A stretch of 28,980 bases of DNA, from positions 1-28,980 of the IMG/VR virus record IMGVR_UViG_3300048897_000057, one strand, 5' to 3'. Positions 7,633 through 15,796 of this stretch are shown here, in pieces. Under the pieces are notes generated by a model. That model did not search any database. It worked only from the letters and a program-made list of their open reading frames with translations, and had not been told where the DNA came from. A program made the position numbers and the translations under genes. Source of the stretch: a virus (lineage: Duplodnaviria > Caudoviricetes). The first letter of the stretch is position 1, and every line of letters begins with the position of its first letter.

Positions 7633-10281
7633 ATGTCGGCTACAATTGGTGTCCTCACGATCGAGAAGCTCGTCGACGGCAAAGCTTCGCCGCCTCTCTA
7701 TCTGTATTCGCTAACCAACTCGATTCAAGGGTCGGTTGCGATCGCGTGCGCCATAACGTCGCCATTGCCTGGCGACTTGGTTACACCTGGGATTCCGGTT
7801 ACGATCACCGGAACCATCACGACAGCCGCCACGGTCGTCGTGAAACTCGGCAGCACGACGCTCGGTTCCGCAACTGTCGTCGGCCTCAACTGGTCCTATT
7901 CGTGGACTCCGCAGGCGGGCGACGTAGGCGCCCGCCTGGTCAATGCAGTAGCGACCAACAACATCGACAGTTCCGTCGCCTCCGCACCGGGCGTGGCCAT
8001 CACCGTGAATGTGGTGCCGATCACGTGTGCAATCACTTCGCCGACTGCGGGCGGCACCGTCTACCCGGACATCGTCACGACGATCACTGGCACGGTCAAT
8101 GTCGCTGGCACGGTCGTCGTCAAAGAGGGATCCACCGTTCTCGGCAGCGCGACTATGAACGGCCTGAATTGGTCGTTTTCGTGGACGCCAGCACTCGCTG
8201 ATGCTGGCGCCCAGACGCTCAACGCTACGGCTACGGCAACTGTCGGCGGCTCGACGGCCAACGCGACCGGTGTCGCAGTCACCGTTGCGACGCCGCTCAA
8301 TCTTGCCGGCAATGCCAGCGTCGGCGGTTGGTTGACCGTGTATGCTGGGATTACGCTCGGCACGACGCTACTCAAGACAGGTGGCGGCGGAGCCGTCACG
8401 ATCGCCGGTACGAGCGGCGCGGGTCTCGCGCAATCAAGCGCCGTGCGTGGAATCATCATGGCGACTGGCGCGCTCGGCGCGTCCACAATCGCCTGGTCGG
8501 TCGATGGTGGCCTAACATTTCAGCCGACGATTCCCACGGCCGCGACCATGGATCTCGGCAATGGGATCACCGCTACGCTACCCGCGGCGACCTATACATT
8601 CGGCACGCTTTACGAGGCGACCGTTGCGCAATGGGTCGACCAAAAGAACGGCTACGTTTTCGCTCAAGCGACGGTCACCAAACAGCCCGCTTTGCGACGC
8701 ACGGCAGCGGGGCTAGAGGTAGTCCCAGACGGCGTGGACGATCTGCTCGTGTCGTCGACCGCCGGTGTCGCGACATCGTTCGCCGTCAATGCGGCGCCGT
8801 TTAGCTTGTTCGTTGCTGGGCGGGCTGGAAAGACCACGCTGGCCACGGCCGCGATATTCAGCGTTGGCCAGACGGCAGCTGCGACTAAGCTAATCAATTT
8901 CTATACGAATACTTCGGCACTCGAGCTGTTTACGGGCGGCGCTGCACTCTCCTCGACCGGCGTCGTGGTCGCTGGCGCTCGTCAAACACTCGAGCTGTGG
9001 CAGACGGGAGCCGCGGCGAGCCTGATAGCCAACGGGGTCACGCTCTTCAGCGGCGTAGCGCAGGTTACGCAATCTGATTCGACGCTTAATGAGGTTTCGC
9101 TTTTCGCATCAAATCTGAACAGCGTGGCTGCGATTTGGGGCGACAATTCCGTCAGCGAGATCGTCTGGTACACCGGCAATCAGCACGCGACTACCAGCAC
9201 GCCAATCACCGCGTACCTCAACGCGCGTTGGGCTGAAGTTGCCTCGGTTGCATTGCCCGATGCCAAGTTCTTTGACGCTGTGTCGGCACAGACGGTCGCG
9301 GGCGCGCAGCCGCTCACGTGGGCACCGAATGACTATCGCGTGTGGCTACCGGATCGGATAATCTCTGGTTTGGGTGTCGGCACTCAAGTAGCGGCGTATC
9401 GGAGACTCGTAGTCACGGTCCCGGCCGGCGTCACAAGCCTGATCGTGTCAGCGGTTCCGAGCAACAACACAGCGGTAAACGAAGGGCTAAACACGGTCGC
9501 CGCGTACGTCGACGGCGGCGCGGGCACCGTGCTCTTGTTCACTGGCCCGCTCGGCTTGAAGCAAACCGCGACGCTCACGCTCGACGGTAGCGCGCACACG
9601 GTCGAACTAGACGAACGCGCGTCGATCGTTGGCGTGGTTGGCGTTGGCGGTACCGTCACGGTAACGAGCGCTACGACGCCAACAAAGCGCGTGTTGTTCT
9701 ACGGTGACTCGATCGTGTTCGGCTATAAAGCAAGCGATCAGACGAAGGGATGGGCGGTGCAAGTGCGCCACGCGCTAGAGGCGCTTGGCACTGGTTATGA
9801 TTCTACGATTTGGGGCATTCCGAGCAAAGCCGGCGCGGCCGATTGCTCGACCAGTCCGCAAGTCACAGCGAGTGTCGGAGTCCTAACCGCGGCACTCGAC
9901 GGCAGCGTAAAAAATATTCTCGTGGACGCCATGGGCACCAACGACTATGGGGCGGGATCGACGGCGGCAAATTACGCGATCTGGAAGGGCAATCAGTATG
10001 ATGCGCTTCACACGGCGGTGCCTGGCGCGAAGATCTTAATCTTCTCACCGATTCCGCGCGCGATCGAGACAGCAAATGCTGGAGGGAGCACGCTGGGTGA
10101 TTTCCGCACTGCCCTAGCGGGCGTGCAAGCTGCGCGCTCTAGTTACATCACTTATTTGGATGGGCCGTCCGTAATACCGACTGCCAATACAACCTATCTG
10201 AACGCAGACTTGCTGCACCCGAATGATTTCGGCTATGCCACGATCAAGACCGCGTTGCTGACCGCTATTCAGGCGCTCTAA
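7633..10281 (+). CDS. Tailspike/fibre with two Ig-like repeats, a lectin-like (LamG-type) region and a C-terminal SGNH/GDSL esterase
   Basis: Duplicated CAITSP...TITGT...TVVVK.GST.LGSAT..GLNWS.SWTP; DGVDDLL; SGNH blocks FYGDSI, MGTND, DLLHPND.GY. Confidence 0.8.
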   Translation: MSATIGVLTIEKLVDGKASPPLYLYSLTNSIQGSVAIACAITSPLPGDLVTPGIPVTITGTITTAATVVVKLGSTTLGSATVVGLNWSYSWTPQAGDVGARLVNAVATNNIDSSVASAPGVAITVNVVPITCAITSPTAGGTVYPDIVTTITGTVNVAGTVVVKEGSTVLGSATMNGLNWSFSWTPALADAGAQTLNATATATVGGSTANATGVAVTVATPLNLAGNASVGGWLTVYAGITLGTTLLKTGGGGAVTIAGTSGAGLAQSSAVRGIIMATGALGASTIAWSVDGGLTFQPTIPTAATMDLGNGITATLPAATYTFGTLYEATVAQWVDQKNGYVFAQATVTKQPALRRTAAGLEVVPDGVDDLLVSSTAGVATSFAVNAAPFSLFVAGRAGKTTLATAAIFSVGQTAAATKLINFYTNTSALELFTGGAALSSTGVVVAGARQTLELWQTGAAASLIANGVTLFSGVAQVTQSDSTLNEVSLFASNLNSVAAIWGDNSVSEIVWYTGNQHATTSTPITAYLNARWAEVASVALPDAKFFDAVSAQTVAGAQPLTWAPNDYRVWLPDRIISGLGVGTQVAAYRRLVVTVPAGVTSLIVSAVPSNNTAVNEGLNTVAAYVDGGAGTVLLFTGPLGLKQTATLTLDGSAHTVELDERASIVGVVGVGGTVTVTSATTPTKRVLFYGDSIVFGYKASDQTKGWAVQVRHALEALGTGYDSTIWGIPSKAGAADCSTSPQVTASVGVLTAALDGSVKNILVDAMGTNDYGAGSTAANYAIWKGNQYDALHTAVPGAKILIFSPIPRAIETANAGGSTLGDFRTALAGVQAARSSYITYLDGPSVIPTANTTYLNADLLHPNDFGYATIKTALLTAIQAL

Positions 10282-10489
10282 GGCAGCTTTTTATGATACC
10301 TTCCTAAGCCATCGTGGGCGGTGCATAGCCGCCCACGAACAGCACGCGACCCAGCTAGGCGCGCGCTCACCAACTAGCCCTGACCTTGGCACCTGGGCCG
10401 CACGTTCGCGGGGTGTTGTCCCCTCCGCATTCGCGGGCGTGCGACCCGGCTGCGAAGGCTCGGCCTTTACAACTCGAAAAGAGGGAACC

Positions 10490-11209
10490 ATGCAACAAGC
10501 ACTCAATATCGTCCAAGTCGTCGCGTTTCTGGGCGCCTTCGTCGCGCTCGCGTCTCGCCTTTTCGTCGCCTCCCGCCCGTTCTGGAGTCGGCTGCCGGCG
10601 TTCTATCAAACGTTCCTCCCCGCCCTCGTGCCCGCGCTCGCCACGTTCGCGCAGGGTCTGACCGGCGTGAAGACTTGGGGCGACCTGTCCGTGCAATTCG
10701 TGGTTTGCGCCGCGATGCTGCTGCCCGGCCTCCCCTCCAACCGCTCCGCCGCCCCGCTCCAGATCGGCAGGCCGGTCACGGGCAACCCGAGCCATGGTGA
10801 CGTTGCGGTTGCGGCTGCGCTGAGGACGGGATCCGTTTCGCCGCCACCTCCACCGAAGGGGCCGAGCATTCCGCCGCTCGCGGCTGCTGGCCTGTTCCTG
10901 ATTTGCTTGGTGCTCAATGGCTGCGGCCTCTTCGGCTCGGGCGGCGCGTTCTGGCCGAAGGTCGAGCACTGCGCACCGAGCCCCGCAACGCTAGTGAGCC
11001 AAGTCGCCGACGTGCTTGCCGCGGGTGGAGACTACGAGGCAGCGCTTGAGCAAATCGCTTTGCAGGATGGAAAAGAAGCGGTGCTTTGCGCGGTGCAGGC
11101 GTTCGTTTCATCGATCGGAAGCAAGGTCGGTGCGAGCGAATCCGATAGCGCGGCGCGCGCGCGTGGTCAGGCGTTTTTGACGAAGGTAGGAACAAAGGTC
11201 GAAAAATGA
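10490..11209 (+). CDS. Holin-like multi-TM membrane protein with internal lipobox-like segment
   Basis: ATG 10490 after GAGGGAACC; about 3 hydrophobic helices, Pro-rich linker, LFLICLVLNGC, then an amphipathic helical domain; first gene of the lysis operon. Confidence 0.55.
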   Translation: MQQALNIVQVVAFLGAFVALASRLFVASRPFWSRLPAFYQTFLPALVPALATFAQGLTGVKTWGDLSVQFVVCAAMLLPGLPSNRSAAPLQIGRPVTGNPSHGDVAVAAALRTGSVSPPPPPKGPSIPPLAAAGLFLICLVLNGCGLFGSGGAFWPKVEHCAPSPATLVSQVADVLAAGGDYEAALEQIALQDGKEAVLCAVQAFVSSIGSKVGASESDSAARARGQAFLTKVGTKVEK

Positions 11210-11493
11210 AGATCCTCATCCTTGCCGCAATCATCGCCTCGACGTGCACGCCGGCAACGCCCGTCCAGCCGCCCGAGCCCGCGCCGATCGTCGACGCTGG
11301 CATGCCGACGGACGCGAAGGCGCCGGTGACTGGCTGCGCCGGCGCGATCGAAAACTCCAGGCGCCTCGGCTGCACGTTCGAGGCGGACGACGCGGGCGGG
11401 TGGTGCTCGACGCTGACCCCGGCGCAGGTCTCGTGCCTCGCCAAGGCAGCCAATTGCCTGGCCACTCGCCAGTGCGCGGAGATGACTAAATGA
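11206..11493 (+). CDS. Small secreted or lipoprotein, Pro/Cys-rich (o-spanin-like candidate)
   Basis: MKILILAAIIASTC signal, Pro-rich linker, six further Cys; ATGA coupling. Confidence 0.6.
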   Translation: MKILILAAIIASTCTPATPVQPPEPAPIVDAGMPTDAKAPVTGCAGAIENSRRLGCTFEADDAGGWCSTLTPAQVSCLAKAANCLATRQCAEMTK

Positions 11494-12188
11494 TCGTCGT
11501 ACAGGTCAAGAACCACTCCACGATCGTGAGCGACGCCGATGTCGCGAAGGTCGTGGCCGCTGGGCAGAAGCAAATCGACCGCGATTTCGGTCCCGTCTAC
11601 GGCATCAAAGCCGCCGTCCATTTCGCAGCGAAGGACGCGGCCCTCAGCGCGTACGACTGGCAGCTGATCGTAGTCGACGATGCCGATCAAGCGGGCGCGC
11701 TCGGGTATCATGATGTTGCGGCCAATGGCTCACCGATCGGCTACTGCTTCGCCAAGACGACGCGGGACGATGGTGGAAACTGGCAGGTCACCTTTTCGCA
11801 CGAGCTGCTCGAGCTCCTGGCCGATCCGGAGATCAACCTATGCGCGCTCGACGAGTCGGGGCAGAAGCTCTACGCCTACGAGGCGTGCGATGCCTGCGAA
11901 GACGACTCGCTCGCGTACGTGATCGACGGCGTGCACGTGTCCGACTTCGTGCTGCCGGCATTCTGGCTTTCGTCGACGCCGGTTCACGCACCGCTGAGTT
12001 TCACGGGCGCGATGAAGAAGCCGTTGCAGATCCTGCCTGGCGGGTACCTGGCTTTTCTCGATCTCCGAAACGCCGCCGCTGGCTGGCAGCAACACACGGC
12101 GAGACTCGACGGCGCCGCGAGCAAGAACAGCCGTTTTCCGCGCCGCGGCATCCCCGCGGCTGACCGAAAGAAGAGCGTCACCGAATGA
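11490..12188 (+). CDS. Putative zinc metallopeptidase-like protein (HExxE..DP; Phi-1/EXORDIUM-like motif set)
   Basis: GALGYHD, SHELLELLADP, YEACDACE, VSDFVLP motifs. Confidence 0.55.
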   Translation: MIVVQVKNHSTIVSDADVAKVVAAGQKQIDRDFGPVYGIKAAVHFAAKDAALSAYDWQLIVVDDADQAGALGYHDVAANGSPIGYCFAKTTRDDGGNWQVTFSHELLELLADPEINLCALDESGQKLYAYEACDACEDDSLAYVIDGVHVSDFVLPAFWLSSTPVHAPLSFTGAMKKPLQILPGGYLAFLDLRNAAAGWQQHTARLDGAASKNSRFPRRGIPAADRKKSVTE

Positions 12189-12403
12189 TCACAACCATCA
12201 TCTACATCGTGATCGCGCTCTGCCTGATCGGCACCGTGATCTGGGCCTTCCAGACCTACGTGACGATTCCCGGACCGTTCGCGTGGGTGAAGGGCTTGAT
12301 CACGTTCGCGTTGGTCGTCGTGGCCTGCTACTTTCTCTGGGACACGCTGATCGCGCAGCACGTGATGGCGCCTGGCCCAGGGCGTCACACGCGAATCCCG
12401 TGA
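12185..12403 (+). CDS. Small two-TM membrane protein (holin candidate)
   Basis: 72 aa with two strongly hydrophobic helices separated by IPGPF; ATGA coupling. Confidence 0.7.
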   Translation: MITTIIYIVIALCLIGTVIWAFQTYVTIPGPFAWVKGLITFALVVVACYFLWDTLIAQHVMAPGPGRHTRIP

Positions 12404-12591
12404 ACAAGTCGCCTCCCAGGCGGGAGCACGTGTTCACGCCTTCCGAGGCGCCCACGGCCTCGATGTCGATCCAGGCCGAGACGGCGGAGATCGTGCGGCT
12501 GTACGTGGCCGCCAAGCCGCCGCAGCGAAAGACCGTGAAGAGCATTCTGCTTCGGTTCGAGCAGATCAACGCGGGGAAGAAGAGCCCATGA
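12400..12591 (+). CDS. Hypothetical protein (63 aa)
   Basis: GTGA overlap with the previous stop and ATGA overlap with the next start. Confidence 0.55.
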   Translation: MNKSPPRREHVFTPSEAPTASMSIQAETAEIVRLYVAAKPPQRKTVKSILLRFEQINAGKKSP

Positions 12592-12707
12592 CCACCCGCC
12601 AAGAAAAAGCCGCCTGGGTCGCGCTCGAGACGGTGATCGCGGTCGGGGTTGGGGTCGTGACGATCGGGCTCGCGGTGGGTGGGGCGTGGAAGAGGTTTCG
12701 GAAATAG
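12588..12707 (+). CDS. 39-aa single-TM peptide (not in the ORF track)
   Basis: MTTRQEKAAWVALETVIAVGVGVVTIGLAVGGAWKRFRK*; ATGA coupled; TM helix with a basic tail. Confidence 0.6.
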   Translation: MTTRQEKAAWVALETVIAVGVGVVTIGLAVGGAWKRFRK

Positions 12708-12752
12708 TCGCCCGCTCTGCGCGGCAAAGCAGCCGCGGAAAGCGAGCATCAC

Positions 12753-12989
12753 ATGGCAAGAGATCGAAAAGTCGGCGACGCGCTCATCTACACGGACGAG
12801 CAAGGCTTGGAGCACAATGCGCTAGTCACCAATTGGTGGGGCGAGACGTGCTGCAATCTGCTCTTCGTGCATGACGACGCGGCCAGAAAAGATCCGTACG
12901 GCCAGCAGATCGAGCGCCGGAGTTCCAACTCCCATCGCTCCGTCGTGCAGGCACCGGGGAACTTCTGGCGCTGGCCTGACGAATCCTGA
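12753..12989 (+). CDS. Hypothetical phage protein
   Basis: 78 aa; VGDALIYTD...NALVT..WG...NLLFV...FWRWP, a common small phage beta-protein pattern. Confidence 0.7.
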   Translation: MARDRKVGDALIYTDEQGLEHNALVTNWWGETCCNLLFVHDDAARKDPYGQQIERRSSNSHRSVVQAPGNFWRWPDES

Positions 12990-13019
12990 GTCCTGAGAGC
13001 TCTGGTCGGTGCCGATGAG

Positions 13020-13370
13020 GTGCCAACGATCCGAGCCTTCGATGCCGCGCAGAGCGGGCGAAGTGAAAACGAAAACCCGATGCGCACCCTCGACGACCTC
13101 CCCTGGATCGAACTCGGACACGGCGTTACCGCGTGCCAGTATCGCTACCGGTTGGGAGGACAGCTGCACATCGCGTATCGGCACCTGTGCAGTCACGAGC
13201 CAGGCGGGGCGATGTTTCTTGCGTTCGCAGCCGTTCCCGTTTCGGCTGAAGGCGCGGGGCGCGATTGGAAGCTCGAGTCGCTGGAGCCGTTGACGATTTC
13301 GCCGTCGCTGCTCTGCATGAGCTGCCAACACCATGGGTGGATCCGCGAGGGAAGGTGGATCCCAGCTTGA
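13020..13370 (+). CDS. DUF6527-like Cys/His metal-binding protein (start may be 13080)
   Basis: W.L.S..PLTISPSLLC..C.HHGWIREGRW motif. Confidence 0.6.
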   Translation: MPTIRAFDAAQSGRSENENPMRTLDDLPWIELGHGVTACQYRYRLGGQLHIAYRHLCSHEPGGAMFLAFAAVPVSAEGAGRDWKLESLEPLTISPSLLCMSCQHHGWIREGRWIPA

Positions 13371-13594
13371 TTCCGAGCCAAGCGCGCGAGTGGATATTGA
13401 CCCTCGCTGTCGAGCTTCGCCCTGCAGCGTGGCGCGCGTTTCGCGGCGTATGGCTCGATGGCTTCGGCTGCGGAGCAGCGCGCTTGCCCGCGCTCAATCC
13501 GTTTGATTCCGAGCCGCCTCCGCCGCCGGAGTACTCGGTTGTCGCGTCCAAGAGCTCGCCGCGGCGCAGTGTGCCGCCGAAGAGGAAACCATGA
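13367..13594 (+). CDS. Hypothetical protein
   Basis: TTGA overlap with the previous stop; W..GF......NPF motif and Pro-rich tail. Confidence 0.5.
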   Translation: MIPSQAREWILTLAVELRPAAWRAFRGVWLDGFGCGAARLPALNPFDSEPPPPPEYSVVASKSSPRRSVPPKRKP

Positions 13595-13776
13595 CCAAGA
13601 ACGATCTGCGAGTCGATCAAGTCTGGCTACGCCCCGACGGCTCGACGGTCACTGTGATCCACGTCGCGGTAGCCGGCTGCGGTGATTCAGTGGCTTGGCG
13701 GGACGCGGATGGCAGCGCAGCCGGCGGCTCGGCGACGGAGTTCGTCGCGCAGAACGTGTTGCAGCCTGCGGGCTGA
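13591..13776 (+). CDS. Hypothetical protein (61 aa)
   Basis: GAGGAAACC-ATG; ATGA overlap; QVWLRPDGSTVTV. Confidence 0.65.
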   Translation: MTKNDLRVDQVWLRPDGSTVTVIHVAVAGCGDSVAWRDADGSAAGGSATEFVAQNVLQPAG

Positions 13777-13787
13777 GAAAAATCACG

Positions 13788-14513
13788 ATGACCGACGTAA
13801 TGACCGCGACGTACATTGAAGACCTGTTGACGCCGATGCCCTTCGAGGACGCGGCCGAAGCGATGACGGCGGCACTAGCCGATCAGCTGAAGGCGCAGCC
13901 GAGCGACGAGGTGAAGGCGCTCGCGCTCGCCAAGACGGCGCTCGAGACAGGTCGCTGGCAGTCGATTCACCGGTCGAATTGGGGAAATATCAAAGCCGGA
14001 ACGAGCTACGTCGGCATGTATACCGCTTTCGCCTGCAACGAGGTGCTCGGCGGCAAGCTCGTCTGGTTTTCACCGCGCGGGCGGCTCGACGCAAAAGGCG
14101 GAAACGTCGTCGCTGAGGCATTCGACGGCGAGCCCTGGCACCCGCAGACCAGATTTCGCGCGTACGCCAACCGTTTCGACGGCGCGTATGAATACGTCGA
14201 ATTCATCGCGACCGGTCGCTACAAGGTGGCATGGTCACGCCTGCTCCTCGGCGACGTGGTCGGGTTCGTGCACACGCTCAAGCTCGCAGGCTACTTCACC
14301 GCGGACGAAGCACTGTACCTCAAGGGCGTGCAGGGACTCTACGGCGAGATGCTCGCGCGCGTTCGCGGGCTGCCGCACGAGCACCTCGCCCCGGAGATTG
14401 ACCATGACGCGGTGTGGGCGACGATCCGCGGCGACCAATTCGCGCACGTGTTGAACCTCGCGAACGAAGACCGAGGCGACGATGAGACAACCGACCCCGC
14501 CGGAGTCGCGTAA
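13788..14513 (+). CDS. Endolysin, GH73 glucosaminidase/FlgJ-type muramidase
   Basis: AKTALETG (catalytic E), NWGNIKA, FRAY...DG..EY, RY..AW, LKLAGYFTA (YxT) motifs. Confidence 0.85.
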   Translation: MTDVMTATYIEDLLTPMPFEDAAEAMTAALADQLKAQPSDEVKALALAKTALETGRWQSIHRSNWGNIKAGTSYVGMYTAFACNEVLGGKLVWFSPRGRLDAKGGNVVAEAFDGEPWHPQTRFRAYANRFDGAYEYVEFIATGRYKVAWSRLLLGDVVGFVHTLKLAGYFTADEALYLKGVQGLYGEMLARVRGLPHEHLAPEIDHDAVWATIRGDQFAHVLNLANEDRGDDETTDPAGVA

Positions 14514-14515
14514 GC

Positions 14516-15088
14516 GTGTCCCCCGCCACACCCCCACCCCCGCGCAATACGACTGCTCCCGCTCCGCCGCCCATCCCGCGTCAGTCCAGCCTCCCGACAG
14601 ACCTTGCTGAGAGCCTTGAGGGCATGGGCCCGGGCCAGGCGCGCTCAACCGATCCGAATGTCGTCGACGCCGCGCTCGTGCGCGCGGCCCTCGCGGCGTT
14701 CTCCCAGTATCAGGCCGAAGCGCGCAAGGAGCTGAACGAGCGGCTCGACGGCATCAGCCGCGAGATCAAGGCGGTCGGCACGCTGCTCACGGCTCGCGTC
14801 GACGCGCTCGACGAGCACGTGACCGGTAGGCTGGACACGCTCGCCAGCGAGGCGAAGACGATCGCGCACGCCGTCGACGAGCACACGAGCCAACTCAAGG
14901 AAATGCTACATTTTGCCAATCAGACGTACGACGTGAGCGTGAGCGCGGCGCGCAAAACCGAGCTGATTTGCAAGCGCCTTGGGATCCCAGATGAGCTCGA
15001 CGCCCAAGCCGAAAACGAATCGAATCAAGATCGCACCAGCACCGAGGGAAACGAGAGCGACCGTCCCCCGGGTTCTGTTCGTCGATGA
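14516..15088 (+). CDS. Coiled-coil protein with Pro-rich N-terminus
   Basis: Heptad-rich central region (ELNERLDGISREIK...RVDALDEHVTGRLDTL); GTG start 2 bp after the endolysin stop. Confidence 0.7.
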   Translation: MSPATPPPPRNTTAPAPPPIPRQSSLPTDLAESLEGMGPGQARSTDPNVVDAALVRAALAAFSQYQAEARKELNERLDGISREIKAVGTLLTARVDALDEHVTGRLDTLASEAKTIAHAVDEHTSQLKEMLHFANQTYDVSVSAARKTELICKRLGIPDELDAQAENESNQDRTSTEGNESDRPPGSVRR

Positions 15089-15428
15089 CATCCCGCAGCT
15101 GCCGCACTCGCTGATCCGGTTGCTGCCGTGCCACATCGACGCGGTGGTGGTGACGAGCGGGCTGCACGCAATTCGCAAGCTCGAGCGCGGGTCGTTTGAT
15201 CTGGTCGTGGCGGACCTGGAAATGCCCGGACTTTCAGGCGCGGATTTATTGCTGATCGTAAAAGAGCGCTGGCCTGCTAGTCGACGAATCCTGCTCACCG
15301 GGCACACGTCGGGGCACTTGCTGGAGCGTGCCGCTGCGTACGCGGATGCCGTGCTCGACAAAATATTAAGTCGCGAGATCATTTCAGAGACCATTTGCCG
15401 GCTGGCGATCGAGCCTCGAAAACCATGA
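14991..15428 (+). CDS. Stand-alone response-regulator receiver (CheY-like) protein 1
   Basis: RVLFVDD, FDLVVADLEMPGLSG (phospho-Asp), RILLTG (switch Thr), VLDK (conserved Lys); no output domain. Start uncertain. Confidence 0.9.
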   Translation: MSSTPKPKTNRIKIAPAPRETRATVPRVLFVDDIPQLPHSLIRLLPCHIDAVVVTSGLHAIRKLERGSFDLVVADLEMPGLSGADLLLIVKERWPASRRILLTGHTSGHLLERAAAYADAVLDKILSREIISETICRLAIEPRKP

Positions 15429-15796
15429 GCCACGACGCCAACGCGGTCCCGCGAGTCCTACTCGTCGACGACGACATCCTCGTGCTGGCCTCGCTCGTGC
15501 GCCTGCTCGATCAGCGTTGCGACGTGCAGATCGTCGTCGCGAAGAGTACCAGCGACGCGCTCAACAGGCTCAATGCCACGGCGTTCGACCTGCTCGTCGC
15601 GGACTGGCGCCTCCCCGGCCTCGGCGGTCACGATCTGCTCACGATAGCCGCCGCTCGCTGGCCTGCAATGCGGCGCGTGATCCTCGCGGGCGAAATCGTG
15701 GACGAGCCGTTGGCGGACGAGTGTTTCGTCAAGGGCGACGATCCGGTCTATATCACCGAGCGGCTTTGCCTGCTCGCTCACACCGAGCGTGACTGA
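15425..15796 (+). CDS. Stand-alone response-regulator receiver (CheY-like) protein 2
   Basis: RVLLVDDD, FDLLVADWRLPGLGG, RVILAG (switch Thr/Ser replaced by Ala), FVKG; ATGA coupled to receiver 1. Confidence 0.9.
   Translation: MSHDANAVPRVLLVDDDILVLASLVRLLDQRCDVQIVVAKSTSDALNRLNATAFDLLVADWRLPGLGGHDLLTIAAARWPAMRRVILAGEIVDEPLADECFVKGDDPVYITERLCLLAHTERD

Noticed and set aside
10282-10489. tRNA or retron msr-msd in the structured gap
   Set aside because: No cloverleaf or T-loop consensus recognised and no reverse transcriptase in the window.
15046-15052. G GGA AAC canonical -1 slippery heptamer in the coiled-coil gene
   Set aside because: The receiver is in the +1 frame; a -1 shift enters a frame that stops after about 20 codons with no recognisable product.
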